DNA of 62,610 nucleotides, filler included, from Choristocarpus tenellus KU-1152 (Eukaryota > Protista > Phaeophyceae): NCBI GenBank assembly GCA_964200185.2. It is 10 parts of 10 records of this genome, joined end to end, with 100 filler letters (N's around TTAATTAATTAA, not from the genome) between each part and the next. Parts side by side here need not be neighbours in the genome. Positions count along the whole stretch, not along the records: positions 11,034 to 21,513 come from CAXNAD020002905.1; positions 21,614 to 26,228 come from CAXNAD020013788.1; 8 more parts are not named here. One strand, given 5' to 3'. Made by a program: the position numbers and the translations under genes. Below, one piece after another: positions 12,693 to 25,741 of this stretch. The first letter of the stretch is position 1. Each line of letters starts with the position of its first letter. Below the pieces are notes generated by a model, which searched no databases, was not told the DNA's origin, and was given only the letters and a program-made list of their open reading frames with translations.

Positions 12693-15600
12693 TTATGCTC
12701 CGCTTTTGGGAACCACGATGACAGTTCTCCCTGATAGTTTCTTTATATCTTCCTCAAGATCATCCAGCTCCTTCTCGGCCCTTGCCTTGGCCTCTAACCG
12801 CCTGTTCTCGAACAGTTTATGATGAACCAGGCGCTGATACCTTTGTAGTGGTAGTTGCAGCAGCAAAAGGTTACGAGTGTTAACAGTGGCGGGTTTTAGG
12901 CAGGGGATGTTCGGGTGTCCATCTTGGTGGATGGGACAGGTTATGGATCAAGTGATCGAGAGATATTATGTACAAGGAAGAGCTGCAGTAAGAGGTAATG
13001 TGACCAATATACTGTCCTCTGCTGGACCAAGGGGGGGTGCAAGGGGGCAATTGAAGGTGGTGGGTGGCTTACTGCTGGAGGAAATGAAAATTTCAATGGG
13101 TAGTTGCTCAAATTGTAGTTCTTCAAATTGAAGCAACCACAAGTACCAGTGCTAAGAACATGCTGCATGCTCTGAGTCAAAGTATCTTTGAGGGTAGAGC
13201 TGCGTCCATTTGGGGGGAAAATCCAATGTTTCAATTTTGATGTAATTTTGGCTATCATGTTTGTAAGGAGATGTCAACATCCTTGTTCCGGATACACCTT
13301 TTCACAACGTTTACATTTTACCCTAACCCTAAATATTTTGGACTAGGTAAAATGTCATTAAGAACCCATGGGAAGCCAAGCCCCAAATGGACAAACAGGG
13401 CAATACTGGTACCCTCTTAAGATACTTTCACTCTCTATCATGATTGAGGTCACTGAAATATGTCCAGTTTCCCCCAGAAGACAAAGACCATAACGCACGG
13501 CAAACTACATTTGAGGTAATGCTGAAACTCTAGTTTGCTGGAGAAATGGTATGAGTACTCTTATGCTGTTCCTCGTATAGGAGAGCTATACTTCAACTTC
13601 CTTCTATATCCTCGTCATTCAACATTTACCAATATCTTGACGATGGGAGAAAAATGATTAACTTTGACATTCATTGAACTCTCGTTTTTCGTAGCAGAAC
13701 CCACAAACTCCTTGCAGCTGTGCATCAGGACTACCAATACCAAAGGAACATGTACTGTGCACCCACAAGTCTAGTGCATGCCCTCAGACTACATGTAAGA
13801 GACCAGATATTTCAACCATCGAACAGAGAAAAAGGTACATTAATATATATATATATATATATATATCGATATTAGGGGATACCCCAAAAAGGTACGGCAT
13901 ATGAGTACAGCATTGTTTGAGCTATGAAATATATACTAAGGGGATTTATTGCTGCTTATGATCACCATAAGCAGTCCTGCATACCTTACAGTACTCCAAA
14001 CATTAAGCCCCCTGCACCCTTGGAACAGATCTCATGTTTTTGAGCAGAGCAGAGTGGAAACACTATCACTACTTCTGTTCACCCCCAAAACACTACTACT
14101 GCTATTGTGCCCTGTTTGTGTATCAACCATTGTACTTTGCATAAGAGCCAAAGCATTTTAGAGGGTAGGGCAGCATCCCTTCGGGGTCATAAAACCCAAT
14201 GTTGCGATTTTGATTAATTTTGAGTGAAAGTATCTTAGGGTTAGGGTACGAGTTTTGCCCTGTCTGTCCGTTTGGGGCTTGGCTTCCCGCGGGGTTTTTT
14301 ATGACATTTTCCTACTCCAAATTGTTTCGGAGTAGGATAATGTGTACATTATGAAAAGGTGTATCCGTAACAACGATGTTGACACTGTCCAACAAACACG
14401 ATAGCCAAAATCACATCAGAATCACAACATTGGATTCTGGCCCCCAAATGGACGCGACTCTACCCTAACCCTAAGATACATTGACTCTTTTAATAATCGT
14501 GTTTGTTAGCAAGTGACAATATCCTTGCTGCGGACACATCTTTCATAGTCGTGTACAGTCTAGGTAACTGTGTTAAAACAGAAAACCGAAAAGGGGCATA
14601 ACAAACCTGTGGGAAGCCAAGCCCCAAACAGACAAACAGGGCAAAGCCCTTACCCTCTTAAATGCTTTGAGTTAATGCTTTTGTGAGGGGGGTGTACTAT
14701 ATGATTTAGGAGGCATCAATGTAAGGAGAAGGAGTATTTGAACGCACAACTTTGTGTTTACAATGTCAAGGTCACGAGCACTTGTGACATCCCATTCAAC
14801 TCAACCTTAGATTTTGAGTAGGAATAAATCTAGATTTTTGTTATGATCATTGGCACAACAACAATGTCAGTACCTGGAGTTCACCTCATCCCACTTAGCC
14901 TTCAACTCGTGCAGGAGTTCCTCCTGTTCCTCAGCAGGCATCACAGACCTCTCTTCCTGCAACCCCAGAGAACGTATGCTCATGAGCTTCATGATATTGC
15001 CTATTTATTTCCACAGTGCATTAATTAAGGAGACCCTTCAGTAGTACAAGTGCTTTGTCTCTATATGGTAACGACCTTGCTAAACTACACTTTGTGCCAC
15101 ATACCAGAAACCAGAGATAAAATGAGTGAAGCCAAAGATTGAGGTTGTAGGTGACCTGTATGGAAAGGAATGATTAACCGATAGGATAACCTCTGGTTGC
15201 TTTGAGCAAATTGGGATCATTTGCCGACCACGTTGCTTGCCCCCCCCTCAATGATGAAGTCACTTGGAAAGAGAAGAAAACGATGAAAATTTGAGATCAA
15301 GGGCTTGCTGTTGGGATAACCCAGAGAGTGAATGAGAAATGAATGAATCTGAGCTACGGGACACTGGGTGGGCGAAAAGACTATGGCGAGACACAGGAGT
15401 ATGTTTCAGGTTTTATCCAGTACCAATAGCTAAGAACAGCAGTGATGGGATATCTTCAAATGAAAGCCCCCCCAAAGCTTCCTTCCGCCTGGACTGATGA
15501 TATCCCTCTTTGTACCTGGCCATGCACGAGGTTAAGCGTCTGCCTACTAGCAATCTATATTGAATTGAACAGGGGTGTACAAGAAGAGAGATAAATATGA

Positions 15601-18600
15601 TGCATCTAGGGAAAGGTGTTTGATCAATGGAGAGGTGAGCTCACCTGTAAAAAAACGCACTACTCTTTATCAACAGGAGCCTGGGAACATCCTCAAAGCC
15701 TTGGATGTGGAGTGAATGAGGAGACAGGGAAAGATGTGGGTGGGATATTGCAATTGCAATCCCATCACCTGAGGATCACGAAGCATAAAATTATACACTA
15801 GCAATACACTCCATTTTGTCCCCCTTTCTCCAAAAACGTAAGAGAAGAGGGCTGACAGGGATACTCACCTCCACCACCTTGCTGAACCCCATCTGCTCCC
15901 TCACAAACTCTTCAACCATATCGTTTTCTGCCTTTACCTCTGCTTTCACATGAGCCAGGTAGTCCTGGAGATTTCCCAAGGGTGAGCACACAAATTTTAT
16001 TGGTTACATTTCTCCAGAAATGTCCAACTCCGAAAGGCGTTTAGAGTATTCGTAGTCTCGCAGCACACAACCCAAGTTGTTTAAGTACTATCCTTCTAGC
16101 TCTTTGTCAATAGGCTACACTGATCAAGAGCGGTTTTGAGGCCAGATATTTGATCAGTGGACTGGCCAAGTGGTACTGTTGCCAGTCATGATGCATAGAG
16201 GGGAAGGGGGAGGGGGAGGGCGAAGTGAACACCTTACTTGATGACCCAGCTTTGCTCTGAATACCTGTTTTCCCTCGCAACTTGTAGCACTCATTCATTT
16301 TTTCACAAGAGATAAGAGTGAGGAGTGATGAGCGGGTCATGACTCACTAAACACAGGGAAATTCACCAGTCCATTCTATTATTCAGGGCAACAAGAAAGG
16401 AACCGAGGTGGATCAATCCAGACCAGGCAATAGGGAAGCACCATCCCAGGGTGTGTTTATTTCAAGTATTGAACTCTAAGGAATTTCCCACTGGGTTAAA
16501 GCAGGACAAAATCGCTAAAGCACAAACATCGCCCTAGCAGGCTTACTTGCAATCCCTTCATGAAACTATATCAAGAGCAAAAGTAAGGTATTCATAAGAG
16601 ACCACCTCTATTATGTAGAGCAGGTGTGCATTAGTAATTTGAGAGCAAGAGCCAGCCTAGCCCAGGCTAACAAGTGAGTTAATAATAAAAAAGAAACCCT
16701 TCCACAAGTCCAGAAGGCGTCCATATTCTTACAGGAACCCTCCCAAAGTCCTCCTTCCCTAGGTAGTCGATGGGTGGCCTTGAACGATCCTGTGGCACAG
16801 ACAAGATTGCTGACACTGCATTTGCCGTAACAAAGTCCTTGGAATCCCGCAGGCCAATCAACGGACGTTCATCACGGCGGGGCACTGCTGGCTTCACCCT
16901 GATCCTGTATTTTGCAGGGTTGATATTGGGAGCTTGCTATGAAAATTGCTAGACTTGAAACGGGCTATGTTCAAAAGTAACCATGTTTCATTCGTTTTTC
17001 GATCATAAATGCACTGCAACAATAAAGAGAGATTTGATGGTCAACGAGAACATCAACATCCCACCGTATCCTGTCACTCCTTGTGTTCTAGTCTCTGCTC
17101 TCAAGTGCTTTCCCCCGCACATCATTAGTTCACAGTCCACTTGTCCTCCTTCGATGTCCTTGTGGACCATTCTAGTGTGGAATCTATCTCATCGTTGGCC
17201 AATTTTCGTTACAATGTACACTAGACTGTGAAGAAGAGATAGGCAGACTACCACTCTTGTAATCTCCACAAGAAGAAGTTGACGCTGGCCCATAGTATCC
17301 GAGAGAGTGGGCCAAGCATCCATTCTGAGCCTATGTGACCCTATAGTGACTTCATGTCATATGTGTGAATGTGTCAGATGTAAAAAGCAATTACTTTTAC
17401 CTCGACACACCTCCCTTTTCTATCCCCGTGCCATGACCAAATCCGACGAAAAATCGACCGGAAAGTGGGCATCAAACTGGGGTATCTTACAACACCCCAT
17501 CAAGCCCCCAAATAGACCACTCGGGGTAAACACCCTCTCCCTTGTAAGATACATTGGGCCGCTCTTAGCTTGGAGAGTAACACTTGTATTTTTTGCTAAT
17601 ATCACAGTTCTGAGGGACATGTTCCTCCGTCTCCAGGACTGGCTAGTCATATCTGCTTCCTTGATAACACAATGCTCTAAATACATCGGTCTAGAATGGT
17701 ATTTCACACGTAGTCTCCAGTGTGGATGGACATCTCCCTCACCCTTTTAGAGCAATATACAGGATTGGGGGGAAGTCGGCATGGGTATGATGGGCAGCTT
17801 TTGGAGCAACAGAATAGTGACATGCCACACTTAGCCACAGGAATGCAATCATAATGCAACCTCTACTACCCCCTCACTCTTGGTCTCACTCGATGGCAGA
17901 AGAAGTCACAATGGAGCTTGTGTGTTTACACAAGCAAGCGTATATTTGGGTATGGGTGTGGGCACATTTCAAACAATCCCACCCGTTCCTTCTTCTGTGG
18001 CACTGCCACCCTTGGCATGACTCCAACTGGAAGATTCAGAGAAATTGCACTTACAAAGTATAGAACAACAGAGATATTGTACTTGCATTGACTGAATGAC
18101 TCTCACCCCTCAACATACCAAATCGCCCTGCAGACTTACCATAACTGCTTTGGGGTAAAATGAATATAAAAAATGGATGTTAAGAGTGCAAGAACAGTCA
18201 TATCCACCGTAAGTGCACAAACAACACCCACTCCACTGCTCGCCTCCAATCTTGTTTTTGGCGCCTCCCATTCCCTTCTCCCACCCCTCCTTTCCCTTAC
18301 CATGCATAATATTGATGCAGGGACACAGCTGATTCTGGACAACAAGAACATGAATCAAGAGATTCGTACTATATGCAAATGCTCATGAAGAAGGAGTACC
18401 CCAACATTGCATGTCTCATAAGTGCAATGCACTTCTATACCTCTGGTGAAAAGGTATACCTTTCGATTAATACCATCCCTCCACCCTGCGCCCACCGCTA
18501 TCTCTCACTAACCAATATTGCTGGACTCTACAGTCACGCTCTCACTGTTAGTTCGTCACAATAACTTTGAGTCCCGTCATACTGAATTCATATTGTAGCC

Positions 18601-21063
18601 CAGTCTAGTATATAGAGTCCTAGTTCCTCCAGTCTTGAACAAGTATACTCTAAAACGTGACAAGAACAGATTTATACATCATATTGTGTACAAATAAATT
18701 TGAAGCTGCTTCACAATCTTGGAAGGACCACCTAAAAACATTAATACTGGAAGGACACATGATCCAATTCGGTCGATACAGCCCTGTCCCTCACTATGTG
18801 CGGCTCGCATGCTTCGTCGATCCTGCCTTTACTTTACCCTCGGTTGTATGCAGACCAAGATTCCTTTGTTTTGTATCATCACAATTCCGTTTCCAATTAT
18901 GAAAAAGAGGTCATTTTGTCTTGGAAACACACAGAGCATTTTTACTACTATTAATAGCTGGTTCCCACAGCGCCGATCAACCATGTTATTAGTTGATTAG
19001 AAGTAAAAGAGAGGAGTACAGATAGGATTCAACATTAGATGAGTTCAGAGTATGGCTAGATTCAATAGAGAAATTGATATGATACATCACTTACAAGGCT
19101 ACAGTAGAGTTTGAAGGCATGCATAAAGTACCAACTACTACGTTATTGTTCATGAACACCGCACAGTACTTGTCAGCAGACAAGGGAGGGATATCAAGAT
19201 GAAGAAGGTGGGGAAAGTTGCAGAGTAAATTCATGCAATTGGTTCAATGCAGTTTACCTACCATTCAGCTAGTGTAAAATCGATCGGTGTGAACATTACT
19301 CTTGAAATGAGTTCCCCTCTAACCCTTGATCATAGCATGAATAGCGGGATAGAATTGATAAAAGAATTGAAAAAAACATTTCCAGATGCTACACACTCCC
19401 CTTGTTATCTACAGTATTGAGTGGAGGAAGAGGTAAACATTGGGAAACCGATCAGAAACCTTGTTCAACTTTGCAACTGCCAGACAGAGGGAAGGTGTGG
19501 TAGTCCACTTGTTGAGATCATGCCCACTCCTCTTTCCACCCCACACTGTGCATCTCACTCACACAGCAGCCCCTGCCTCACCTGTTTCTGGTATATTGTA
19601 CCCCCATTTCACTCCCCCTCCCATGTCTTGCTGCGGTCCCTTCTCCCCTTCGAAGAAAATTCTTTGGGTCTGTAGATCTAGTATCTTTGTTGCCGTCTGG
19701 TGGAATGGAAGCATTGGCGGAGGAGAGAATGTTGTTGTGCTGCTTGTCTCACCCTGCTTGTCGTTGATGATGTGTGATTTCAAAGCATATCTTGAACCAA
19801 GTTGATGGATGTTGATGAGCCCAAGCTCATGTTTGTCCATCATTAGAGCACACAACCGAATTTCTTGTTGAAACAATATTTGAATTATACTGTACACTGT
19901 CCATACCTCCAGAATCATTATCCTGATATACACCCAAAATCATTATCCCAACTTCATTGTCCTTGTTGTGATCATCCCTTAATATTATTAGTTGCAGAAA
20001 CCCAACCATGACTTACTGTATTTGCATCTGCAGCAACTCACTCTCCTCATTGGTAGATAGTAGTCAGGTTACTACCACTCGTGACAAGTACCTGGTGGAA
20101 CTTGCTTGGATCCCATTTCTTGAGGTTAGGGGTACTGCTATGCATGATCCAATTTTTTTGTTGTTCTGGAAGAAACTGTTGTCCAGGCACAAGTACTAGA
20201 CAAAAACAGTACAACTTTTGATTAGACTTCATGGAGCATCGACTGCTGTAGCCTTGCACGCATCATCATTACACATACTGCACATATTGTCACAAGAATA
20301 AACAGAAAAGTAGATATTATTGTTACTACTACTGCATGACACAACTCGTAGAACATCCTCATTTTACCAGCACCAATATTATTTTCTGTTCCTTGGGATC
20401 GCATTGCCTTTGTAGAAAATTCGCCCAAGTATTTCATGTGAGACCTCAGAGGTACACAACCACACCATCACCCACATGTTGTAGGCAGCCAACCAACCCC
20501 TGAGCAGCAAACCTGCTCGGCAGTGTCCCCAAACTCACATGAACGGCCCAATCCTTTCTTCTGGCTGAATGTTGAGTATGGAACCTCATGTTTGCCCAAT
20601 CTGCTGCTGGATCGTATGGGAGGCTTAACCTGTGGGTGCGCAGCAGGGGCAGATCAGCAGGGAGGCAGGAACTAGATGGAGGAAGGGCCTCCTACTGACA
20701 AAATCGAAGAGCTAAATCAAAGGAGAGATAGGCAGGAAGGCAAGGAAAAATGTAGAATTTATTTTTTAGCTTCTTGAAGGCAGCTCTGGTTGGATACAGA
20801 CAACCTATGTAAAAACTCGATAAGTTAACGTCCCTGTTGTAGTGAAAACAATAGTTACTCATTCTATGTGTTCTTGAGAGGTCTTCTCTACAGTATAATA
20901 TCTTATTTTAAAACTGAGCAAGGTATCTAGCATATTGTTGTTTGCAATTTACATTTTCATCATTATCTTGCTTTCTCACCTCCTTCACCTCAGTCTTTGG
21001 GAGGAGATTGAAGATACACTCTCTGCCACTCACTGATGTGGGGATTGGCTCTTGTTCGGCCAT
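12693..21063 (-). CDS. ENKUR: Enkurin (axonemal microtubule inner protein, calmodulin-binding), 7 exons, ~253 aa
   Basis: Exons 21063-20980, 20629-20539, 19669-19582, 16904-16733, 15964-15869, 14956-14874 and 12840-12693 join in frame (762 nt, GT-AG). Motifs: ECIFNLLP, PKNFLRRGEG, KPAVPRRDERP, KDFVTANAV, DYLGKEDFGRVP|DYL, LKAKWDEVN, ELDDLEEDIKKL. A small extra exon near 20090-20120 cannot be excluded. Confidence 0.9.
13174..13433 (+). mobile_element. MITE family A copy in enkurin intron
   Basis: Full TIRs, flanked by TCT/TCT, with an internal CCCTAACCCTAA variant at 13321. Confidence 0.9.
14145..14673 (+). mobile_element. MITE family B copy (host of nested family A copy)
   Basis: TIRs GAGCCAAAGCATTT...AAATGCTTTGAGT, colinear with the 11707 copy. 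Confidence 0.85.
14222..14487 (-). mobile_element. MITE family A copy nested inside a family B copy
   Basis: TIRs present with a TTTT duplication. The family B sequence resumes colinearly after it (compare copy 11707-11960). Confidence 0.9.
17385..17710 (-). pseudogene. Degenerate coding relic of unknown family, copy 1 (in enkurin intron)
   Basis: GGLMGCCKIPQFDAHFPVDFSSDLV then, after a frameshift, GDRKGRCVEVKVI. Homologous to 35800-36410. Confidence 0.55.
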
Positions 21064-22580
21064 TATGGAGTGGCCTCCCTGGATCTGCGCAGGCAACTAT
21101 TTACCTCTATGATACTCCCGCGATGGTAATGGGGGAGACGCCTCAAAGCCCACTTCTCCTCGCTGCGCTCAAGGAGGCAAGACTGTGATCCGAACATCAA
21201 CGCTAGATAGTTCCAACCCTTACATCCATCTGTCGCCTCTTTGACACTCCTCGGAACTAGTAGACGTTCCTTCGTAGTCAATGTAGCACGCTCGTTAATT
21301 CTAGGGCGTCCTTGGCGAGGGCACAAACACTGGAGATTAACGAGGGTTGCCTGTCTTTTAGTCGTCAGTTTCTCGGGTAAACAGTAATAGCATGTCAGAT
21401 AATAGGGGAAATCAGGGGTTGAGCTTTTGTCGACTAGAGTCTCGTGTGTGGGTGTGTAGACAGATCCCTCTGTCTGAGAAAAGAATCGTAAGGCGTACGA
21501 CCACCGAGTGTATNNNNNNNNNNNNNNNNNNNNNNNNNNNNNNNNNNNNNNNNNNNNTTAATTAATTAANNNNNNNNNNNNNNNNNNNNNNNNNNNNNNN
21601 NNNNNNNNNNNNNCAAATGGACAGCCGCCACCCCCTCCCAAATACTTTGAGCCTATGGTACGAGGGCAATCTCTTCCAGAACCGTATCGGAGGAGATCCA
21701 CACACTAGGAGGTGGTTCTATATCCCTTGTAGGAGGATCGAACTCGTCTGCCGCTGTCCCTTAACCGCCGAAGTCAAACACCCCAGAATACCAAACGTGT
21801 GAAACGAGTTAAAGACAACAGAACTTCGTTCGTGAGAGGACACCAGGTGGGTACCTTTCCTGAACGATCTAACCCGACCGCCACCACCCATGCTCTCTAG
21901 ACCTGACCCAACGCACAATGTGTTCTACACCCTAGTACCGGCTTCCCCTATCTAGTTCACAACATCCCCACTCCCCTGCATTAATCAATCAATCAACGGA
22001 GAGACACGGGCTAATCAACAAACGTCGCCATGCCTCAAAAGGAAAGCAAGAGGTGAGGTTCGTACAAAAAAGGCATATCCTCTGTACAGACCATTAAGGA
22101 GTGTTCCCACAAGACCAATCTCGTTAAACACTATCGTAATATAGCGCCCATGATGAGTGATGTGACATAAACATGCTGGCATCGTTTACACCTGCATGTG
22201 TGTGCCGTGGTGTATCCCACAGCTGTATAGTATAGCCCCGATGTGTAACGGCCCTCCACAAAGTCCTTATCCTCCAAGTTGTCCTAGCTCTCACACCATC
22301 GTTCTGGGTCCACCCCTTCCCGTGAAGCAACTGTTAAGGGTGTGGAACGCGTTCGGACATTTTTTTTTCACCACGCCTCTCTGTATGAAAAGCTCGAACT
22401 GAACTTACAGCAACTTTGGCGAAAAGCATGAACATTGTCGTAAACACTTTTTCACACCACATGATGACCACGCTGTGCATCGTCTTAGGGTTCCCTATGT
22501 GATCAGAATGCGATTGGTCACGATGTAAATCTGGGGCCACGCGCAAATCGCATAAACCCCTTGTCCCGACACACATACTT

Positions 22581-22842
22581 GAGTCAAAGTATCTTAGAGG
22601 GTAGAGTCGCGTCCAGTTTGGGGGCCAAAATCCAATGTTGCGATTTTGATGTAAATTTTGCTCTTGTGTTTGTTAGGATCTATCAATATATATCCTTGTT
22701 CCGAACACACCTTTTTATAACATACATATTTTCCTACTCCGAAATGTTTCGGAGTAGGAAAATGTCATTAACAATCCGTGGGAAGCCAAGCCCCACATGG
22801 ACAAACAGGGAAATATTCGTACCCTCTAAGATACTTTCAATC
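22581..22842 (+). mobile_element. MITE family A copy
   Basis: TIRs with a perfect 4-bp flanking repeat ACTT. Confidence 0.9.
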
Positions 22843-25025
22843 ACTTGTTAATCAGGATTTGACCCCGCAATCCACCATATAAAGCTGTTGTTGGAGATTT
22901 GTCGTAGATGTGGGCACAGGACATGTTCTGTGTACAGCGTTTGTACTCTTAAGTGCTCACCGCCCAATAAAAGACCATTCCCCCCACATTTACTCTGTCA
23001 TGTGTACTGTGTCCCTCTTGTCCAACCCTGATTCATTGTAAATCAAAACCACCCCCTCAAAATGGTCATACAACGTTGAATCCCCAAAGGACCTTCTCGG
23101 AGACCCTTTGCCCGTCGTTGTAAAAGCAGTATACGATGTCAATTCTACGCCGCTTGGGGCCGTTGTTTAGAACTATACATGACCTCGAGCCGATGGAAGA
23201 GATGCAGACCTCGCTCTCGTTACACATGTTCACAGATAGACAGGATAGGAAATGTTCAATAACTCTTGGACGCTTTCCGATCTCTCGATTCAGTAGCACT
23301 AGGCGGGTGAAACAGTGGAGGCCATGCCAACACCACTTCTAACTGTGATTACCAACGGCATGCTTTTATTCCCTATGATCGGTATACATGTGGTAATTTG
23401 TCTAGCGTTTCACCTCCAATATCCAGAAGCCCTCAACTCGCGCATGGGCGCGGATCTCGAGGACAACATAAAAGCACCTCGACTTTGAAATTCTTTGGTA
23501 AGTTGCCTTGTTTATGTATTTCTGTAGTCCGTGTTGGACATGTGTTGCTCTACTGTCCCCCCCACAACCTAAATCGATTTATGCAACCACCTCCCATAAA
23601 ATAAGCACTGATTTGACACGTTCCCAACCAAGTACATGTGCCCCCGCTCGATACCGTAAAAACCAATGCAGGCTGACACGTTGTAGTATACTCTATGAAG
23701 TATTTCAGGTTTGTCGTCATCAATTTTTTGAGGACCATGCCGTCGAACTCTGCGTCAATATCTTTGGCAACCTCTGCATACAAAACCGAATTTTTTAGAT
23801 CAACCTTAACTTTTGTCGAGCAGTGTTACCACTGTCGATAAGGGGTGTTGTATTCAAGTCTGTACCACACGGTGTTTCACCCCTGGCAACCATAATGGTC
23901 ATACAATTGAAGAGGCCTACCATGTGACGGTGACTTTACGTGAACAGGGCAATTAATTACCTGAAGCAAACCTTAAGGAGTATTGAACACTACGGTCGTG
24001 CATCCCCTCTCTTCCCTGTACACACCTCAGTCGTGAACATAATTACATCAAAGCACACAATTCCCTGTATTTAGTACTCTATTCAAACTGCTTCCAAAGC
24101 ACGAGTCAATAGCGGTTAGACCATCATCACCACCCTACTCTATATTTTTCTGGCATTGGAACTGTTTCAAAATCGTCCGTCAGCAGTGGTCCCGCTGTCA
24201 TCTCTCTTGCAACCCCAAACCCAACGCTAATCCTAAAAGAAGTCGGGCATCAAACTCCCGAAAGCAATTGAGGTGGTTCACACCTTCTCATCATCCCTTT
24301 GCATCTTCTTTTTCGGACCACATAACCCTAACCATATGTGGCACACCGTGCAAAGGTTTCGTCCGACCCTTTACCTCCTATAACGGCCACTAATGTAACT
24401 TCATCTGTCCATGTTCGCGTTTGGTAATCAACCACCCCACAGTACGAAATACACATCTTACACAAATACCCAACCCAATTACGTAAACACAGTAATTTGA
24501 CCATAGTAGTGACATGTAAGTCCGTATCGTAAAGTAACGGCTGTCGCCACTGTCTACGTGCTTATACACGACAAACAGAATAAAGAACCAAACATGCAAT
24601 AACATCCAACTATATCAACATTAGAAGAATTATATTCGTAAATCGAAGAATGATTGAGAACCCCCCATGCACGTATGCACATATGAACAGAATGCAGATA
24701 TATAAGTGTATGAAATGCCTCTTGTAATGAAAATATCGGAAGACACCGATATTATCGAGGCGAAGCCGATAGCGTGTATGACGCACCATACCCTAACCCT
24801 CACAACCCTGTAAGTTGTGAGTACGAAGTGCACGCATCCACTGTTAAAACCGCGCTCAGCATTCTTTTCCAATGTGTATCTTCCACACTTGTAATACTTT
24901 ATTTTTTCTGATCGGGCAGCATAGGATAATGCTGTTGAGGACTGTGGCGTGCATTGCCCAGGGGAGTAATCTTCCTTGCAGCATACACATCCCCACTCAC
25001 GTGACAGCACATTGGGCGTCAGAAG

Positions 25026-25741
25026 TTGGAGCGACCCTGCAGAAGAATCGACAAGAAGAGGTTTGCGTGGAAGATTTTTCCGCAATGCAGTCACGAGAAG
25101 GCCGAATCTATATCGATCAGGGAGGATGTTGTGACGAGTAGATCCCACATGCCGAATGTTTTGGATATGTTGAAGAGGATGATATCCTGGGTTAGAGCAA
25201 TGATGAAGTATAGGCAGGAATACACTTGCAACAAGTCCCACCCCTAAGTACCAGAAGCCAGCGACGACAGCGAGCAGCATATACATAAGAGGGCATTATT
25301 CAGCCAGTGCAACCAATACTACCTGGAGGACATAGACTTCAGGCCTGACCAGGCCACATTCCAAATGACTATTAGAAGGAGGGTCGCCGCAAAGATGAAG
25401 GCATTCCTAAAGGAAGCCTGGGAAGACATAAACATGGAAAGCGGGATAATGAAAGTGAAAGAAGGCACCGCCACGCAGTTGTACAACTTCGTCGCCACAC
25501 TCGTGCAGATATGCGCGAATGAAGGTGTGTAAACTCTACATCACTCTTTTCCACGAATTGCTCGAAACCATCCTTTACAACACGTTGCATTCTTTTCGTC
25601 GCACAGTTCTATATGGATTAGACATCAACGACTGACCACTCACACTCCCTTTCTTTGTCTCACTTTTTTCTGCCAGATACAAATGAGGTAGAGGATCTTC
25701 TACTCGGCATCTGGAGGAAGCACAAGAAGCACGACGCTTAA
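25026..25741 (+). pseudogene. Spliced gene remnant of unknown function
   Basis: One frame runs 25026-~25524 with a single TAA at 25245 (...YYLEDIDFRPDQATFQMTIRRRVAAKMKAFLKEAWEDINM...ICANE). A GT...TTTTTTCTGCCAG intron joins it in phase to DTNEVEDLLLGIWRKHKKHDA*. Confidence 0.45.
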
